A stretch of 64,000 nt of DNA from Klebsormidium nitens (taxonomy: Eukaryota > Plantae > Klebsormidiophyceae): the NCBI GenBank assembly GCA_000708835.1, contig DF237113.1, forward strand, positions 62,001 to 126,000. Reading direction: 5' to 3'. Positions 35,201 through 48,900 of the stretch are shown here, in pieces. Made by a program: the position numbers and the translations under genes. The number at the start of each line of letters is the position of its first letter. Position 1 is the stretch's first letter. Under the pieces are notes generated by a model. The model was not told where the DNA came from, did not search any database, and saw only the letters and a list, made by a program, of their open reading frames with translations.

Positions 35201-38200
35201 GAGTAGCACTGCACCAGCTCTGGACGAAGCTCTCCTCTCTATGCTCAGGAACTTCGCGGCGGACGACTTCACGTGGGGCGTCTGCTGCTCTCGACGCGAG
35301 CAGCCTTGTTCCAAACGAACCCAAACTTACGCAGCACAGACTACTAAAGCTCAGGCGTATCGTTTTCACAGGTGCTGCTGCTGAGTGGCCTCGACGAAGC
35401 CCGCTGGAACGAGCTCTCGACCGAGAAGGGTGGGGAAGAGCATCTTCACTTTCTCATCAAGTTCGTTACCCTGCGCCGGAACAAGGAGGCGATTGCCGCT
35501 ATTGGGGGGACCTGGGACAAGGACCTGGACGGGGGAGATCCTGCCACGTCGGACGCTGCTCTCATTAGGACGGCCATCAGGCAAGGACTCTGTTCTGTGG
35601 TTTCAGTCTTCTCAAAGGAACTTGACAACCGGGCATTTACTACCATCCAGTGTTTGATGATCAGGACACAAGGAACGGGCTGTCCAAGCCTCTCGAGGCA
35701 ACTTGGAACCGAGAAAGCCATCCCGAGCCGTTGCTTACCATCAGGACACAGGAAGAAGAAGATGAGGCGATCCCTTCGCTCACTGGGGCCTCCGACGGAG
35801 GCTTTTCCTGTATAAGTGGTGGTCTTTCCTGTATAAGTGGTGGCTGTAAGGATGACTTTCGATGCAGCCTTTGCGTCTGAAGCTTAATTGACCAGATTCA
35901 GGTTCTGAATGTAACTAGGTCCGTCGAAGCTCTCTTTCCGAACCCGTTTGATTGACTGCTCCGAGAGTGCCGGCAGTTGCAGTTGATCTGTAGAAAAAGT
36001 CACGGTTGAATCTCATATATCTACGAGGCACTGTTCCTCACAGCCTCTCTCTTTCTGCAGAACTACCCGCGAGGCGACGCAGCTCGACCTGAGCAAGGCC
36101 CGGAAGTGGGTCAAGTTCGCCCAGATCCACTACGACCGAACCAACTCCGAAGGAGCGTTCAGCCACAAGGAAGTCACGACGATTTTCGTCCCCGATGTCT
36201 GGAACGTGGTTCCCTCACTGGACGAATATGTCAAGGCGTGGAGAGTTAAGGCACTGGCGGCGCAGCGCGCAGAGCGGGCGAAGAAAGCGGCGGAGGAAGA
36301 GAAGGAGAAGGACGAGGAGCAAAAGAAGCTGGAAGAGCAGAAGGTGAGACGATGAGATCAGAGCTTTGCACTGAGTCTGAGGAGCATCAGTAGGGGCTTG
36401 ACAATTTGGTTTTTCGTTCATGTTGGGTGTGTGTTGTTTGGAGGCGGGAGTTCTCTAGCAGACGTTTTTGGAGACGCAGGACGCAAGTACGGACATCAAG
36501 TCCAGGAATGCCAAAAGCGTGAACCGTCGTGATACCAAACTTCCGAGGCATATGTGTCTCTGCTGAGACCTCGAAGTTCTGCTGAGCACTTGTGCAGGTT
36601 GATCGCCAGGGAAGTACTGCTTCGAGGGACGCGATTAGCTTTCACTTACGAAGGAACTCTCCGCTTGCCGATATCCTAACTCGCTCATGGAATCAGGCTG
36701 CTCTGTTGAACTAAAACCAAATCTGAGACGCTCTTTTTTGGTCGTAAGATAAAGGTTAGGATCTTGTGAGCAATCACAACGAGGAGAGCTGACCTTTGTC
36801 TTTTCTGGTGCAGAAAGCGGCCTTGGATGCTCTGCTAACAACGTACAAAGACACTGCGGTGAGTTTCTGAAGCATCTGCTTCTCGTCTAGTCAAAACTTC
36901 CTTTACTTTTCTCAAAGGCCAACTTCTGGCAGCGTTGTATGAGTACCTCTGTTGTGTGTTTTGGGCATCCTGGCGCTTTTAAAATCAGTTTGTTGGACTC
37001 CTGACCAAATGAGAGGAGATACTGAAATTCATATCGTCCTGTTCTGGTGAGCATCTGGAAGGTTCGCAGCTGTGTTGCAAGACTGAGTAGAGTTTGTATG
37101 CATGGCCCTCTTCGCGCGCCTGAAATGTCAGATAACTAAACTTGACTTGATGGACATGCCTCATCATTCTGCAAAACCTTTTGATCTGTGCATCATCCCA
37201 TCCTCCAGACCGCATTTGAAGCCCCAGTAAAACTCGGCCCTTAGCTTCACCAAACTGCACAGCGGATCTGAACGTGCTGAATTTTTCTGTTTGCAGGAAT
37301 CTGTCAAGGAGGAGCCCGTTGCAGAGGCACCAGAAGCGAAGCCCGAGGTCAAGGAGGAGACCCCCGCGCCTCAGCCTGAAGACATCAAGATGGAGGAAGC
37401 CAAGGAAGAGCCGGCTGACGGTAAAGCGTCGAAGAGCACACCTTTATCTGCTGGATTGACGGCGTTTTCAAGTAGCAAGCAAGAAGCTTTGGGCGGTCCT
37501 CGACATGTGCACTGCAAGCAGGGGCGAGTGTATGCCGGCTCACCTAAGGCAGTTTGAAACACGGTTGACTGAGCTTGAAACACGGTTCAATTGCAATACG
37601 TCAGCCACTTAGGCCTCGAGACATGCTTGTAGAAAATCCAGAAAGACTGGAGGATTTCTTCGTGTGTTGATCACACTGGGTTGGTAAGAGGATCAGCCTA
37701 CTTGCAAATGCAGTGGTGCGTCCGCACATGTCGCTTGTTGGGGATTACTTAGAAATCAGGTCTGGATATCTTTACAAAAGCCTTCAACACTGCACTTGCC
37801 AGCATCAGTCACCTGCTGACGTCATCTCACTTTCACCCCTGCAGAAAAGCCGGTCGAACCCGCCCCTGAGGAGCCCTCCCCCGAGTCCCTCTACACGCGC
37901 CGCCCCAGCACCGCTCTGTACAACAAGGAGAAGGCTGACGTCATCCTGGCGTGGTTCAACGAGCGCAAGCTGACGCTGGCGCCCGGCAAGAAGCCAACCA
38001 AGGGCAACCACGTGGCAGCACTCGTGGCCGATGACCAGGCGTACACGAAAGCACAGGCTGCAAGTAGGTGTCCCCTTCTCGTGTGTTTGCAAGTCGGTCT
38101 TCGCGTTTGTTGGGCTGTACTTATTCTTCGTTTTGTTGGCGGCTCTTGGTGTGGTAAGCTTTGGTTTTGGATGTGGTAGGGGACTTGCGCATGGTACCCA

Positions 38201-41200
38201 GAGGTTGCTTGAACAAGTTTTGAGAGTAGTCAGAAGTGGCTTTGAAGGTCAGAGGGGCCGGTTGTTGCTGTGAGATGGCACCGTGCTGGCTGCTCGTTTG
38301 TGATCGGGGTGTAACAAGATGTTCATCGATAACGATGTCACTTTTATGATTCTTGCTATTGGGTCTTGGGTTTTGTTGCCATTGGGTGTCGTTCTGCTAA
38401 CCAAAAATTCGTGTTTCATGCAGCAGCAGGTGAGTACCGTGTTCCTTATCCCTTTCTATTTGTTTCCCTTTTCCTTACCTTTTCAATTCAATTTCACAGC
38501 CCTGGTTCTCATTCTCGTCTGGCCCCCTCTTCGAACAGAGGCGGCGGAGGCAGCGGCAGCAGCGGCAAAGAAAGCGGAGCCAGAAACAGAGGCGCCTAAG
38601 TCTCCTGTTGTGACCAAAGAAGAAGCGCCGACGCCGATGGAGGAGGTCACTTCTCAGAAAGAGGAGGGCAAATCTGATGACTTGAATGCAGACGTTAAGG
38701 CAGATGTTGTTGAGGAAGACGAGGAGCTCGATGAGAAGGCACCCGACACGCCAGCGATTCACCTCTACACGAAGAAGACAAAGACGGCCAAGGTGAAGAG
38801 GCGAGCTTTGTCGGATTACGGACGAGGGTTACAGAGTCCCTTTGCGACACGGTATTGGTTCGTCGAGCTTCATGGTCGGATTGGAGGTTCCGATCGTGAG
38901 GTTTTCGTTTGCTATTTAAGTTTAATCTAAGCAGGTTGCTCGAAGAGGGGTCTTCTCAAACAAGCGTTGCAGCTCGAGGAAGCTACTCTTCTCCTCAATT
39001 TGGCAGGCAAAGCCGCCCAAACCACGTTGAGTAAATCTCCTTCTGCTCAGGTCCTTGCTGGAACAGTCTGTGGAAAAGACACCAGCGGAAGTCACGGCGA
39101 ATAATCTCGATTTTGCCTTCATGCTTACTGAACTTCTGGTATGCTTTTGCTTCCGCAGATCCGCTCTATGAACATCTCCTTGGATGGGCTCTTGGACTAC
39201 GAGGAAGAAGACAGGGAGGAAAGTACCTTCGAGGTCAGTATTTTCAAAACACTTCTCGTCACAGCTCCTTCTTTTTCCTTGGACTATGCAAGGTCCTCAA
39301 GAGTTTCGGTCCCCATCTTGCTGAATTAGTCAAGTGAGCTACGTTCCAAGCTGATTCTCACTCTGTTATCGCGGTGACAAGCGCTTCGGAGGGTGCTTTT
39401 TGAGAGCATCCGGCTTTTACAACGTATTGAGCGTGCCTAACGCGTTCGAAACAATTCCCTTTCCTTCTTTAGAGGAAAATTGCGTGTGCTTTTCTTTATG
39501 CGGGCTTTTGACGCATGCTTCAGTGGCTTCAGTGGCTTCAGTGGCCTCAGTGGACTAATTCATTCAGCCTTCCATCTTCATATCTGCGCCCACAGGGCTC
39601 TCCCGACGCCAGGAGTTAGCTCGACCTTTCGTTCCTCCTCTTCTCCTGACCATGCAGCGTCACCTTTGGTTTCACTGATCGAGCGCCTCCTTCGATCTAC
39701 TCTTCGTAGCTGTCTGCTCATTCTGTGCGTTTCGTTTGCAGCTGTCCCTGTTTGCCGAGCTGTTCCACGAGATGCTGGCCTACAAGCACGGCCTCTCCTT
39801 GTTGCCGTTCCTTGAGGTGAGGCCATCTCGGATCAAAGCTCTGTCCCTCACTAGCTTCACCCATCATCTCATGTATGTCGAGGAGTATTGTGAAAATTAT
39901 GTTGGGCCACTCTTCAGGTTTCGAAGGAGGGTTTTGACCGCTTTTATCAGGGCAGTACATGGTTTTTTGACATGGTGACCAAGCAGCTTCTTGCATCCCT
40001 AAAAGCGGTATCCTGAGGACCTTGGGACTACCGTATGGTTAATGAAGCGCCGTAGGATGCTCTCCTCTGCAAGAGTGTTGCTCGTCACCATCGAACCCTG
40101 AGAGTCTCAACCCCTAGGCTCTATACGACACGAGGTTCAGGACACCTTGATCATAATGGAATTTGGGTCTCAAGTCCTTTATCAACAATTTGCAAGCTCA
40201 GGTCACATGGTCGCTGAATTCCCTTTTTCAAACACGAAGCCGTTGGCTTCGAGTCCAGCTTTCTGCCTCTGCAATAAGTGCATCCACCCCTCAAAAGCCC
40301 AATGCTCGACACTTGCAAACCAGAAATTCCTAAACCTTTGAATTGCCAATCTCTGCTGGCGCTCAAACCGCCACAGGCGCATGCTCGACATTCATTGTTT
40401 GGAGACTCTTAACGCTCTGGATTGCGAACTCTATTCTGCAGGAGGTGCGTGTGACCCACAACAAGAAGCGAGAAGAGCGCAAGCGCAAGCGTGAGGAGGA
40501 GCGCCTGGCTGAGCTCAAGCGCAAAGAGGAAGAGTCCGTCAAGAAGAGGGAGAGGGACGAGCAGGAGAAAGACGACGACGAGCAGCCGGCAGAGAAGAAG
40601 GCGAAAGCAGACGAGAACGGGGACAAGAAGGTGAGGGAGAGGACTGTCGATCGTGAGGGCTCGGCTTTGGTTTATACTACGACGGTGTTCGGTGTTAGAA
40701 GAAGGGGCTCCGTCAGGATTCGATGGTCGTTTCCGCTCTTCTGGTCAACCCAAGAATCAGTGGTGAAATCGTTGTTGTTCATAAAGCGAATGCCAACGCA
40801 AACAGAGGAAAGAAGGTGAGGGAGGGCTGTAGACGATAGGGGTTGCTTTCGTGCTCTCTTGTCACACGTTGAAAATAGAAGTGCTAAAATTACATGCTGC
40901 TTTGGAACTTCAAAGTTGGTGGTCGTTTCTTATCTTTGTGTTGACCAAGACGCCTTGGTATAGGAATTGTCGGTACTTCCTTCGATTTTCCTTGCGGAAG
41001 AAAACTCCTGAGCTCGATTGTCCGTCAGAGAGGATCTAAAAATGCACAGAGACGAGCTCCGTCGTCCAGGAGTGGGCCAGCAGAAGCTTGGTCGCCCTAC
41101 GAAATTCTTGTTTTTTCGGAAGAGGGCGCAATCGCGTGCAGCAACCGCCGTAGAAAGGATGGTCCGTCTTGTTCTGCATCGCTCCCCGCGAATTGCATGG

Positions 41201-42927
41201 CCATGGCTCAGTATCATTGCTTGAATTTGAGTAGAGAGGAATGAGATGTCGAGAACGTCTTTGACAGTGAGGGAACGAACACATGGGAGGTCTAAAGGCT
41301 TCAGTGGAGGACTGTAATTTTTGACGTGCTTTTTCCACATCTCCAGGAGAAGGGCGACGATGCCAAGAAGGCCGATGCCACCGAGTCCAAGAAGCCTGAG
41401 GCGAAGGACGAGACGAAAGACGACAAAGCGAAGGAGGACAAGGAGAAGGACGAGGGCGAAAAGAAGGTGAGCTGTCATGAGCATTATCAGGGGCCGCCTC
41501 TGTGGAAACCATGTATCGAGCTGATGTTTCATTTCCGCAGGCTTTGTATAGGACTGGAGGTGCACAATTGTCCATATAGCTTCTAGCAGAAACGAACTAG
41601 AGGCGACAGCTCCGCATCTGTTGCTATGCCCTTGGGATCTCCAAGTCACAGACAAACGCAAAGCGCCACATTGCCCAACCACTGACGATACTTGTGTTTA
41701 CTCTCTTTAGGCTCGCAAGCAGTACGATGTTAACTGGGAGCTTGTCAAGGTGAGCATTGAGTCAGGCTGTCAAGACTGAGCTCCAACTTGCAGACAGCCG
41801 CTCATTGCTGTCACAGCAAACGTGAACTTAGGGGTTCTTGTCACTGCTGGTGTCAGCAGTCTCCACAATTCCCGATACAGTACACAGGACTTGTCTACGC
41901 ACATAGGTAGCGATTTTATTTTTTTGGCAGAACGTCCGATTGGTGGTACGTTTTCACGTTCTTGCCAAGAATCTGACATAGGAGTCTTCTACTGACTGCA
42001 GGTGTTCCGCTTCTTCGACAAGTCCAAGACCGGCTATATCAAGGTAAGCTGTCGTCGCCGTCGTTGAATGTTCTAGAATCTTCAGAGAGTCGGACCTGGT
42101 CGGTCCGTTCGCTCTGCGGGGATTGGACCACGTCGCCCCTTCAGTACTTTGCCAGATGGGGCCCGGAAGGCTTTTGAATAAACCTTTGAGAATGGTCAGA
42201 CGCCAAGTCATGGAGAAGACCTGCAATGCGATCACGGACTCCAAGAGGAGTCCTCGCGAAATTCTGCCATTTAGCATCGGGACCCACAAGGGCTAGCGTC
42301 TGAAGATGTTCGTAATGACATCAGGACTGTTTATACTCCAAACGTTCATCGTCAAGAGTGGGGCTGTCACAAAGTGTGACCTGAACTGTGCTGCGTTTCT
42401 GTCTGCAGGCTGACGAGCTCAAGCGAATCCTTCATAACTTGGGCAAGTTCCTATCTCAGCGACACGTCAAGGTGAGGACACTTTCGCGTGGATCACCGGA
42501 ATGCAATTCCAGTTGAGCCTGCGATCCATCTTCAGAAGCTCCCAGACATAGGCTTGGTCAGCTTGTCGGTGCTCATTGCGAAAGGTTTGGATCGATTTCA
42601 CTACTTGACCTCTCCGTCATCCTTGAGCAGAGTCGATAGTTCACGTATGCTTGATCTGAAAAGGCAATGCTTAGCAGAGGCCTTCAGGGCGAGTCTTTAC
42701 GATGCTTGAGATGAGGTCGCCAGGATTCGATTCGACATCAAAGTCGAGCTCGTTTTGAGCTCAGTCTCAACTTGAGAGTTTGTACTGAACTCTTCACGCC
42801 GTATCCGCAGGATCTCGTGACGTCCGCCCTCAGCGAGACCAGGAGCGCCCGTGATGACCGCATTGCTTATCGTGACCTGACGGATGTCGAGATCAGTGCC
42901 ACGTCAGCATTGAAACAAAACGAGTAG
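29270..42927 (+). CDS. EMB1579: CCAR1/DBC1-family nuclear protein, orthologue-like to plant EMB1579/RSA1: G/Y/A/Q-rich low-complexity N-terminus, RS/RD tract, DBC1 domain, charged coiled coil, C-terminal EF-hand-like region
   Basis: Exons: 29270-29302, 29583-29624, 29945-30070, 30261-30308, 30595-30696, 31218-31289, 31607-31850, 32165-32381, 32841-32966, 33344-33422, 33696-33788, 34267-34325, 34689-34872, 35372-35580, 36061-36343, 37297-37420, 37845-38063, 38539-38792, 39159-39233, 39742-39816, 40442-40630, 41347-41466, 41711-41749, 42002-42043, 42409-42471, 42811-42927 (TAG). Motifs: YERDVQSITRRYPRLVVSPEFSK, AIGGTWDKDLDGGDPATSDAALIRTAIR, TQLDLSKARKWVKFAQIHYDR, ISLDGLLDYEEED..ESTFELSLFAELFHEML, VFRFFDKSKTGYIKADELKRILHNLG. 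Confidence 0.88.
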
Positions 42928-43676
42928 AACGTCAAACTGCGGGATCCTTTGGAAGCAATGGTCAGCGGAGTTGATGGGTGGTCGCTAAGAGGGGCAGTGA
43001 AGAGAAGCACTGATCGGACTTGTCTGACAACGTTGCGTTGATATTGGGGACGTACAACATGTCAGCTTCCTCGTTAAAACAAGCCAAAAGGGTGGAAGAG
43101 CAATAGCAAGGAATGACGTGCTCCAAATCCCCGTGCAACTTGGGCCCAAGATCTCTTGACACGTTTCTTCTAGTATAAGCCCTAGCACTTATGCAAGTTT
43201 CGTTTGTATTGAAAAACCGCAGTCCTCGGCAAAAGTGAGGACTTCCTTCAACACGTGAGCGACCATGCTCTCAAAGCATTTCAATGGAATGGTTGCAAGC
43301 TACTCTAGCCTTACTCAGAAGGATCTCAAATTCCTGCTTGGGAAGTGAGAAATAGTGACGCATGCACAATGTCCAGCATCTTCAAAGATGACCAGCAATT
43401 CACTTGCCAACTTCATCGACTGGTAAAACAAATTCCTAGCTGCATCTTTTGGGTCTTCCATGTCAGAATAATAACCCCAGATGCAGATTGGTCCATGAAC
43501 CTGGCACCTGCTATAGTATGGTGGGCGAGCCGATGACAATCTTCTGGCCGTTGGAGTGCGCCTTTTGGTAGAACTTCAGCCCTTTTGTTGCGGCGGCCCT
43601 ATACACGACAATCATGATCGCAATTCGAGGCCCACATGATGTAGCCCATGCAAGTTGGCCTTCACAAGCTACCTAT

Positions 43677-44041
43677 NNNNNNNNNNNNNNNNNNNNNNNN
43701 NNNNNNNNNNNNNNNNNNNNNNNNNNNNNNNNNNNNNNNNNNNNNNNNNNNNNNNNNNNNNNNNNNNNNNNNNNNNNNNNNNNNNNNNNNNNNNNNNNNN
43801 NNNNNNNNNNNNNNNNNNNNNNNNNNNNNNNNNNNNNNNNNNNNNNNNNNNNNNNNNNNNNNNNNNNNNNNNNNNNNNNNNNNNNNNNNNNNNNNNNNNN
43901 NNNNNNNNNNNNNNNNNNNNNNNNNNNNNNNNNNNNNNNNNNNNNNNNNNNNNNNNNNNNNNNNNNNNNNNNNNNNNNNNNNNNNNNNNNNNNNNNNNNN
44001 NNNNNNNNNNNNNNNNNNNNNNNNNNNNNNNNNNNNNNNNN
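43677..44041. other. Assembly gap (365 N)
   Basis: Continuous run of n. Confidence 1.
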
Positions 44042-44139
44042 TTGCGCCCCATGGCCACATCTGGGACTAGATTGGATTGAGCAGGCGCCCGGCTGGGGGG
44101 TGCACCCCAAATAATAGGGAAGAGGTAAGGGATGGACAC

Positions 44140-45248
44140 CACGGGACCGCTACGGTGCAAACTGGTGGCGGGCAGTTTACCGGGCTACGGCGCGGAAATT
44201 TGGCCCGGGCACCGTGCCAATTTATATTTCGTGTGCGGGCCCTCTGCCCGAATACCGGGTGCGGCGAAATTTGCCATTGGCAGAAAATCGCCCTAGATCG
44301 CTGAGCTTATTGCCCCAGAGTACCCTCGGTTCAAAATGCCCCGAAATGCTTGAACCGGCCGATGCAGAAGGTAACGCACCAACCTATATACGGGCTATGA
44401 TGTACAGAATTGTTGTCGCGCATTGCGCTCGGGCTAAACATATTTACATTTTGGTAGTGGTTGCTACATGTGGTACTGGCAAAATGCTGAGACCGGGATC
44501 AGATCGCTCGCACCGGTCACTGGATTTAGTCAGCCTCAAGCTTCGAATGCCGACCGGGATATATGCTTGGAGACCCCGGTTGCTCTGGTGCGGTACAATG
44601 TAGGCAACGTCACCCAATCCTACCGCGGTAATAATGGTAGTCCTACCGGTATTGCTGACGGCGGTACCACTATAAAGCTGTTTCGGTATGTACCGAGTAG
44701 GGACCCCTCACCCCAAAATTGGACCCCGTGCGTGCGGGGGTGTCAGGAGTCCGGACAAACCGCTCGACCGGGGTTCAACGCGCGCGTCTCTGAATCATCA
44801 ACAGGTGATGTGAAAATTTACCTCTTCCCCTACAAAGAATGGTGGTAAAAAAATGGCTCCTTTTGCCCTACCTTACCATCAATTTGAGCATGGAACCTTA
44901 CCAAAAGCTTCATATGGAGCTACAAAACCACCATAGCTTCACTCAAGACACCATGGCCGACATACCCTGCAAGTGGTTCCAGTGTATCTTGCTATTTGAA
45001 CCTCCTGCACTCTACTTTTAAAAGCCTAATTTAAGAGCCAAATTCCTACAAAATTGAGTAATTTGGTGGCAACGTACTGTAATTTGGGGGCAATATCCTA
45101 CGGCCGACGCCGGTAGTACCCAAAGATCGCCGCAAATTGCTACCCGAAAAGCGGTCGTACCGTCGCGAATTTGAGGGCGCCGCCTACCGTACTTTTACGG
45201 TACCGGGGATATTCCGCCGGACCGATTTTGCACCGTAGCGGTCCCGTG
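44140..45248. mobile_element. 1.1-kb non-autonomous DNA transposon with CAC...GTG termini (CMC/CACTA-like)
   Basis: Left cacgggaccgctacggtgcaaaactggt (44140-44167); right accgattttgcaccgtagcggtcccgtg (45221-45248; reverse complement cacgggaccgctacggtgcaaaatcggt). Both flanks carry AC (possible 2-bp TSD). No transposase ORF inside. Confidence 0.78.
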
Positions 45249-45925
45249 ACCGAATCAGGACTGCAATGCCACTGAGTGATGCCAGGAGCCCGGATTTTAT
45301 AAGGATGCAAGCCTGCTGGATCTCTGATTGGTCTCACAAATCCCGGCGAAAAATTACTATTAGCTCCTTCCCAGGTGGCGGGAAGGGGGTCCCTTTTGCG
45401 TGCTCTGACGTAAGCGTTTGGGATGCAGCCAAACAAACCCCTTCATTCCGGATGAAGTGACGTTTGTAAGACATTAGCTTTCGGAGTCCTCTGCGGTATC
45501 CGATGTCAGTGAAGCTAAAGTGCTGCTTTCAGAGTCCAGACCAATGTAGAGGACACTGATCTTGAGCATAATCAATGACGTCACTAATCAACCTACCTAG
45601 CCTACACTTCAATTTTAAATGCATTATGTAGCATTTGGCACAACAGTCCAACTCAAGCTGGTTTGCGCACCTCGCTAGATTGCACACATTTCTGGTTCTC
45701 CATCTGGCGTCTGGTTTCTGAACATCTCCATTGAAGGACGTTTTGACAATTGTATTGACGCGGCATAATGCACCTCATGGCCAGCTCTGTTGTGCAACCG
45801 TCGAGCTGCAGATGATAAAGCTGAGTTGTGTGAACAGTCTTCCATGCACTTTGGATTGCGACTTCATTCTCCTCCACTTTCTTCAGACCGTCCAGACATT
45901 CATCCAGTCAGGAGGGTCTAGTCCG

Positions 45926-48900
45926 ATGCCGGGGGCATCCGATGACGGGCCTGCTGCTGACATCACCGCAGATCAGGTGATGCAGCTGATTGGGGCGCCC
46001 CGCATGTGCCAGGTCCAACGACTAGATGGTGGCACACTCATCAGCTATTCGGAGGTTGGTGACTCTCAGGTATGCTTTTAATCGATTCTGCTTTTGGCCA
46101 GAGACTGTTGAGTAAGGAGGACGCACATTGCATACCACACAGAGCTTGCAAAGAGGGAATTGCAGATGCCAGTCGGGCCTTGATACCAACATTCTTCACC
46201 TCATGTATGGGCTCTTCTCTTTTCCTTTCACGATGGGATCTGGTTTGCTGTGGTTGTTGCTATGTCCTTTTCGAACCGGAGTCCACGTGTTGTATTGAAT
46301 TGACCCTGTAATCGTTCACTTCAAATGCTCCGACGCTAAAGCACACAATAACCAGCTGTGATGAAATGAAAAGTGGCACTCAAGGCCATCTGCTTCTCAC
46401 TTGTTAGTTACTCGCCCTTTGCGCAATCTCTTGCTGCTTCCCCAAGGTCGTCCCCCTGCTCGATGCTTTCATTACTAGCCTTGTGTTTCCAAAACACTTA
46501 AGATTGTTCAAAAATAATATCTCACTTGCTCTCATAACAGCAGCTGATTGCTAGTGGCCAGGCTGATTTTCAGGGCACCTCACCAAAAGTAAGTACCCAA
46601 ATGTCCACAGCATTTAACCCAGAACTAACTAGGATTGGTTAGCAATAAATGTCCATCTGCTGTGATGCAGGGTACCCCTGTGGTCATGTTTACGGGTATG
46701 GGTGGAAACCGGCTGTACGGCCTTTTCCTGGAAGAAGCGCTGTGGAAACTGCACCTGCGCTTGATCTGTGTGGATCGGCCCGGGAGGGGGAAGACAACAC
46801 CTGTGGCGCCAAAAGATCTTAATGTGTTGGACTTTGCCGGTAAGCTCACGCAACTAAATCTAGTTTTCGGTTAAGAGGATTAGTAACCTCTTTTTGGCTC
46901 ACATTCAGTACCTGTTCAACCACATCAAAAAGCCAGAATGCGAAGTTTCAGCAAGAAGGGGGACGCTTTTAGAAAGGTCGACATTCAGGGACGTCGACAC
47001 TGACATGTTTTCTAAACTGGGCAAGTATGATTTCCAAGTCCCTTTGAAGACTTTGTGCTCCCTAACCATCGGCACAGGTCAGCGGCAGCCAAGCTGCCTA
47101 CTAAAACCTGCATGGAGCGACTTTCCTCCCTCTTGAGCAGGGCACTAATCTTTCTGGTTAATAACACAAGCAACGTGTGAGCCCTTTCCTTTTGACAGAC
47201 TGTGTGCTTGAGCTGCTGGACCTCCTGGGCATTGACAAATTCGGTGTGATGGGTCACTCGTGCGGCTGCTTATTTGCGGCTGGGTTGGCGGTCCGCGCAC
47301 CAGAGCGGGTGCGGGGCCGCATGGTGTTTCTGGCGCCGTGGAACCTCGTCAGCTGCCCGGCTGTCCCCTGGAAGATGAAGGTAAACCCGCAGCAACATTC
47401 CCGTTCGCACTGAATCAAGAATCTAGGCCGGTGTGGAAGATCGCTGTTGAACTTCAGCCTTTGGTGCGGAAGTGCGAATTTGAGATAGATTCAAATCCAG
47501 GCCTGAAACACGTACTAAATAATTGGTCTTATTGCGAAGAAAAACCGAACTATCACGTAAGCTGGTGCGAAATAGGAAAAGGTTCGAGCTTGATTATTCG
47601 CACAAAAATGTGCGAACGGGATTGCCGCTACGGTTTTCAACGCGCACTGAAGCGGCACTGTATTCATCCAAGCTTTGGACAAGTAAGCAGTCGTGTGGGC
47701 AGAAAGGGAATGGGAGAAACGTGTTGTTGATTACGTGCATGCGACCTTCTTTCCTCGAGTGTGTGACGAGTGTTTGAGTTCTACTTCGTTATGCTGGGTC
47801 TGCAGAGTTTCGTCAACTGGCAAGCTTCAGATGTGTCATCTACCGCGCCCTTCAGGTCTTCCCAAGTTCCTTGCACTTTCACGTCTCTCTTGACGCACTG
47901 AGAGCTGACTCTGATTGCAGATTTGTTCACAGGCTTTTCAAACCGCCAGGCTTTTCAAACCGCCAGGGACATCAAGGTTGCAGCGCATGCCTCGAGGAAA
48001 AGGCCGACAGGCCCATCAGGCAAAATGTGCTTGCGCGAGCCATAAAAAATAGGAAGATTACTTTGTCACGTGCGAGGCACACCTCTCCTTGAGGTCGTTA
48101 CGATCGGGATTTTAATCTCTGCGAACTTGCTTCGCTCGACAGTTTCCGTGTGCGCTTGGCTCCTCGTGAGGATGGGCGACCATGATCACGCTTGACGGTC
48201 TTTGGGCCGCATACGAGACGTCTGTCGTTTATCCAGGCGTACAAGCTGCGCTTGCTTCACTAGCAGCCACATCGGACGTATCTTAAGCCGCCGAGTCTAA
48301 CAATCTTAGATTCTGTCCAAGCGCCTTCCCCGTTTTACCGTGTCCAATTCTGAACGAGGCCGACCAAGTTTTTTGCCAAACGACGACTGCACTCTCACCG
48401 TCAGTTGCTCACGACTTACCCTTTGTTTTCAGATGCTGCGCCATCTTCCTGGAGAAATCGTCGCTTACGGCAGCTCGCTCCTGTCTTCCATGGTCGGCAA
48501 GTCTGCCGGGTCCGGCTTTCAGGATTCCTTCGGGCGAAAGTTCACGCGCGAAATGAGCGACGAGGAGCGGGCGTGCGTGTCTTCGCCGCGCGGAGCCGAG
48601 CTACAGAAGCAGTCGATGGCGCTTACCATGGCCGAGGGGGGTCAGAAGGTGAGCGAAACCTCATTAGATAGATATCAAATTCTGAAATTTATCGTCATCG
48701 ATTTATTGAAGAGATTTTTTACAGTGTTATTCATGGATTATCCGGTCTATATTATGAAGCTTCAGAAAAAGAAGCTATTGTATCTAGATTTTAAACACTT
48801 AGATTGGGCACATCTTCGATTGATGGACTTGAAAAGGGGGTCATCTGTCGACACCCCAGTCAGGGAGAGCTTGGAGCATCAAAGCTGTCGGGCGAAATGC

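Noticed and set aside
43315-43539. 74-aa minus ORF beside the gap, considered as a transposase fragment
   Set aside because: Too short and no diagnostic motif.
43614-44160. ORFs of 130-166 aa spanning the N run
   Set aside because: Artefacts of translating the assembly gap.
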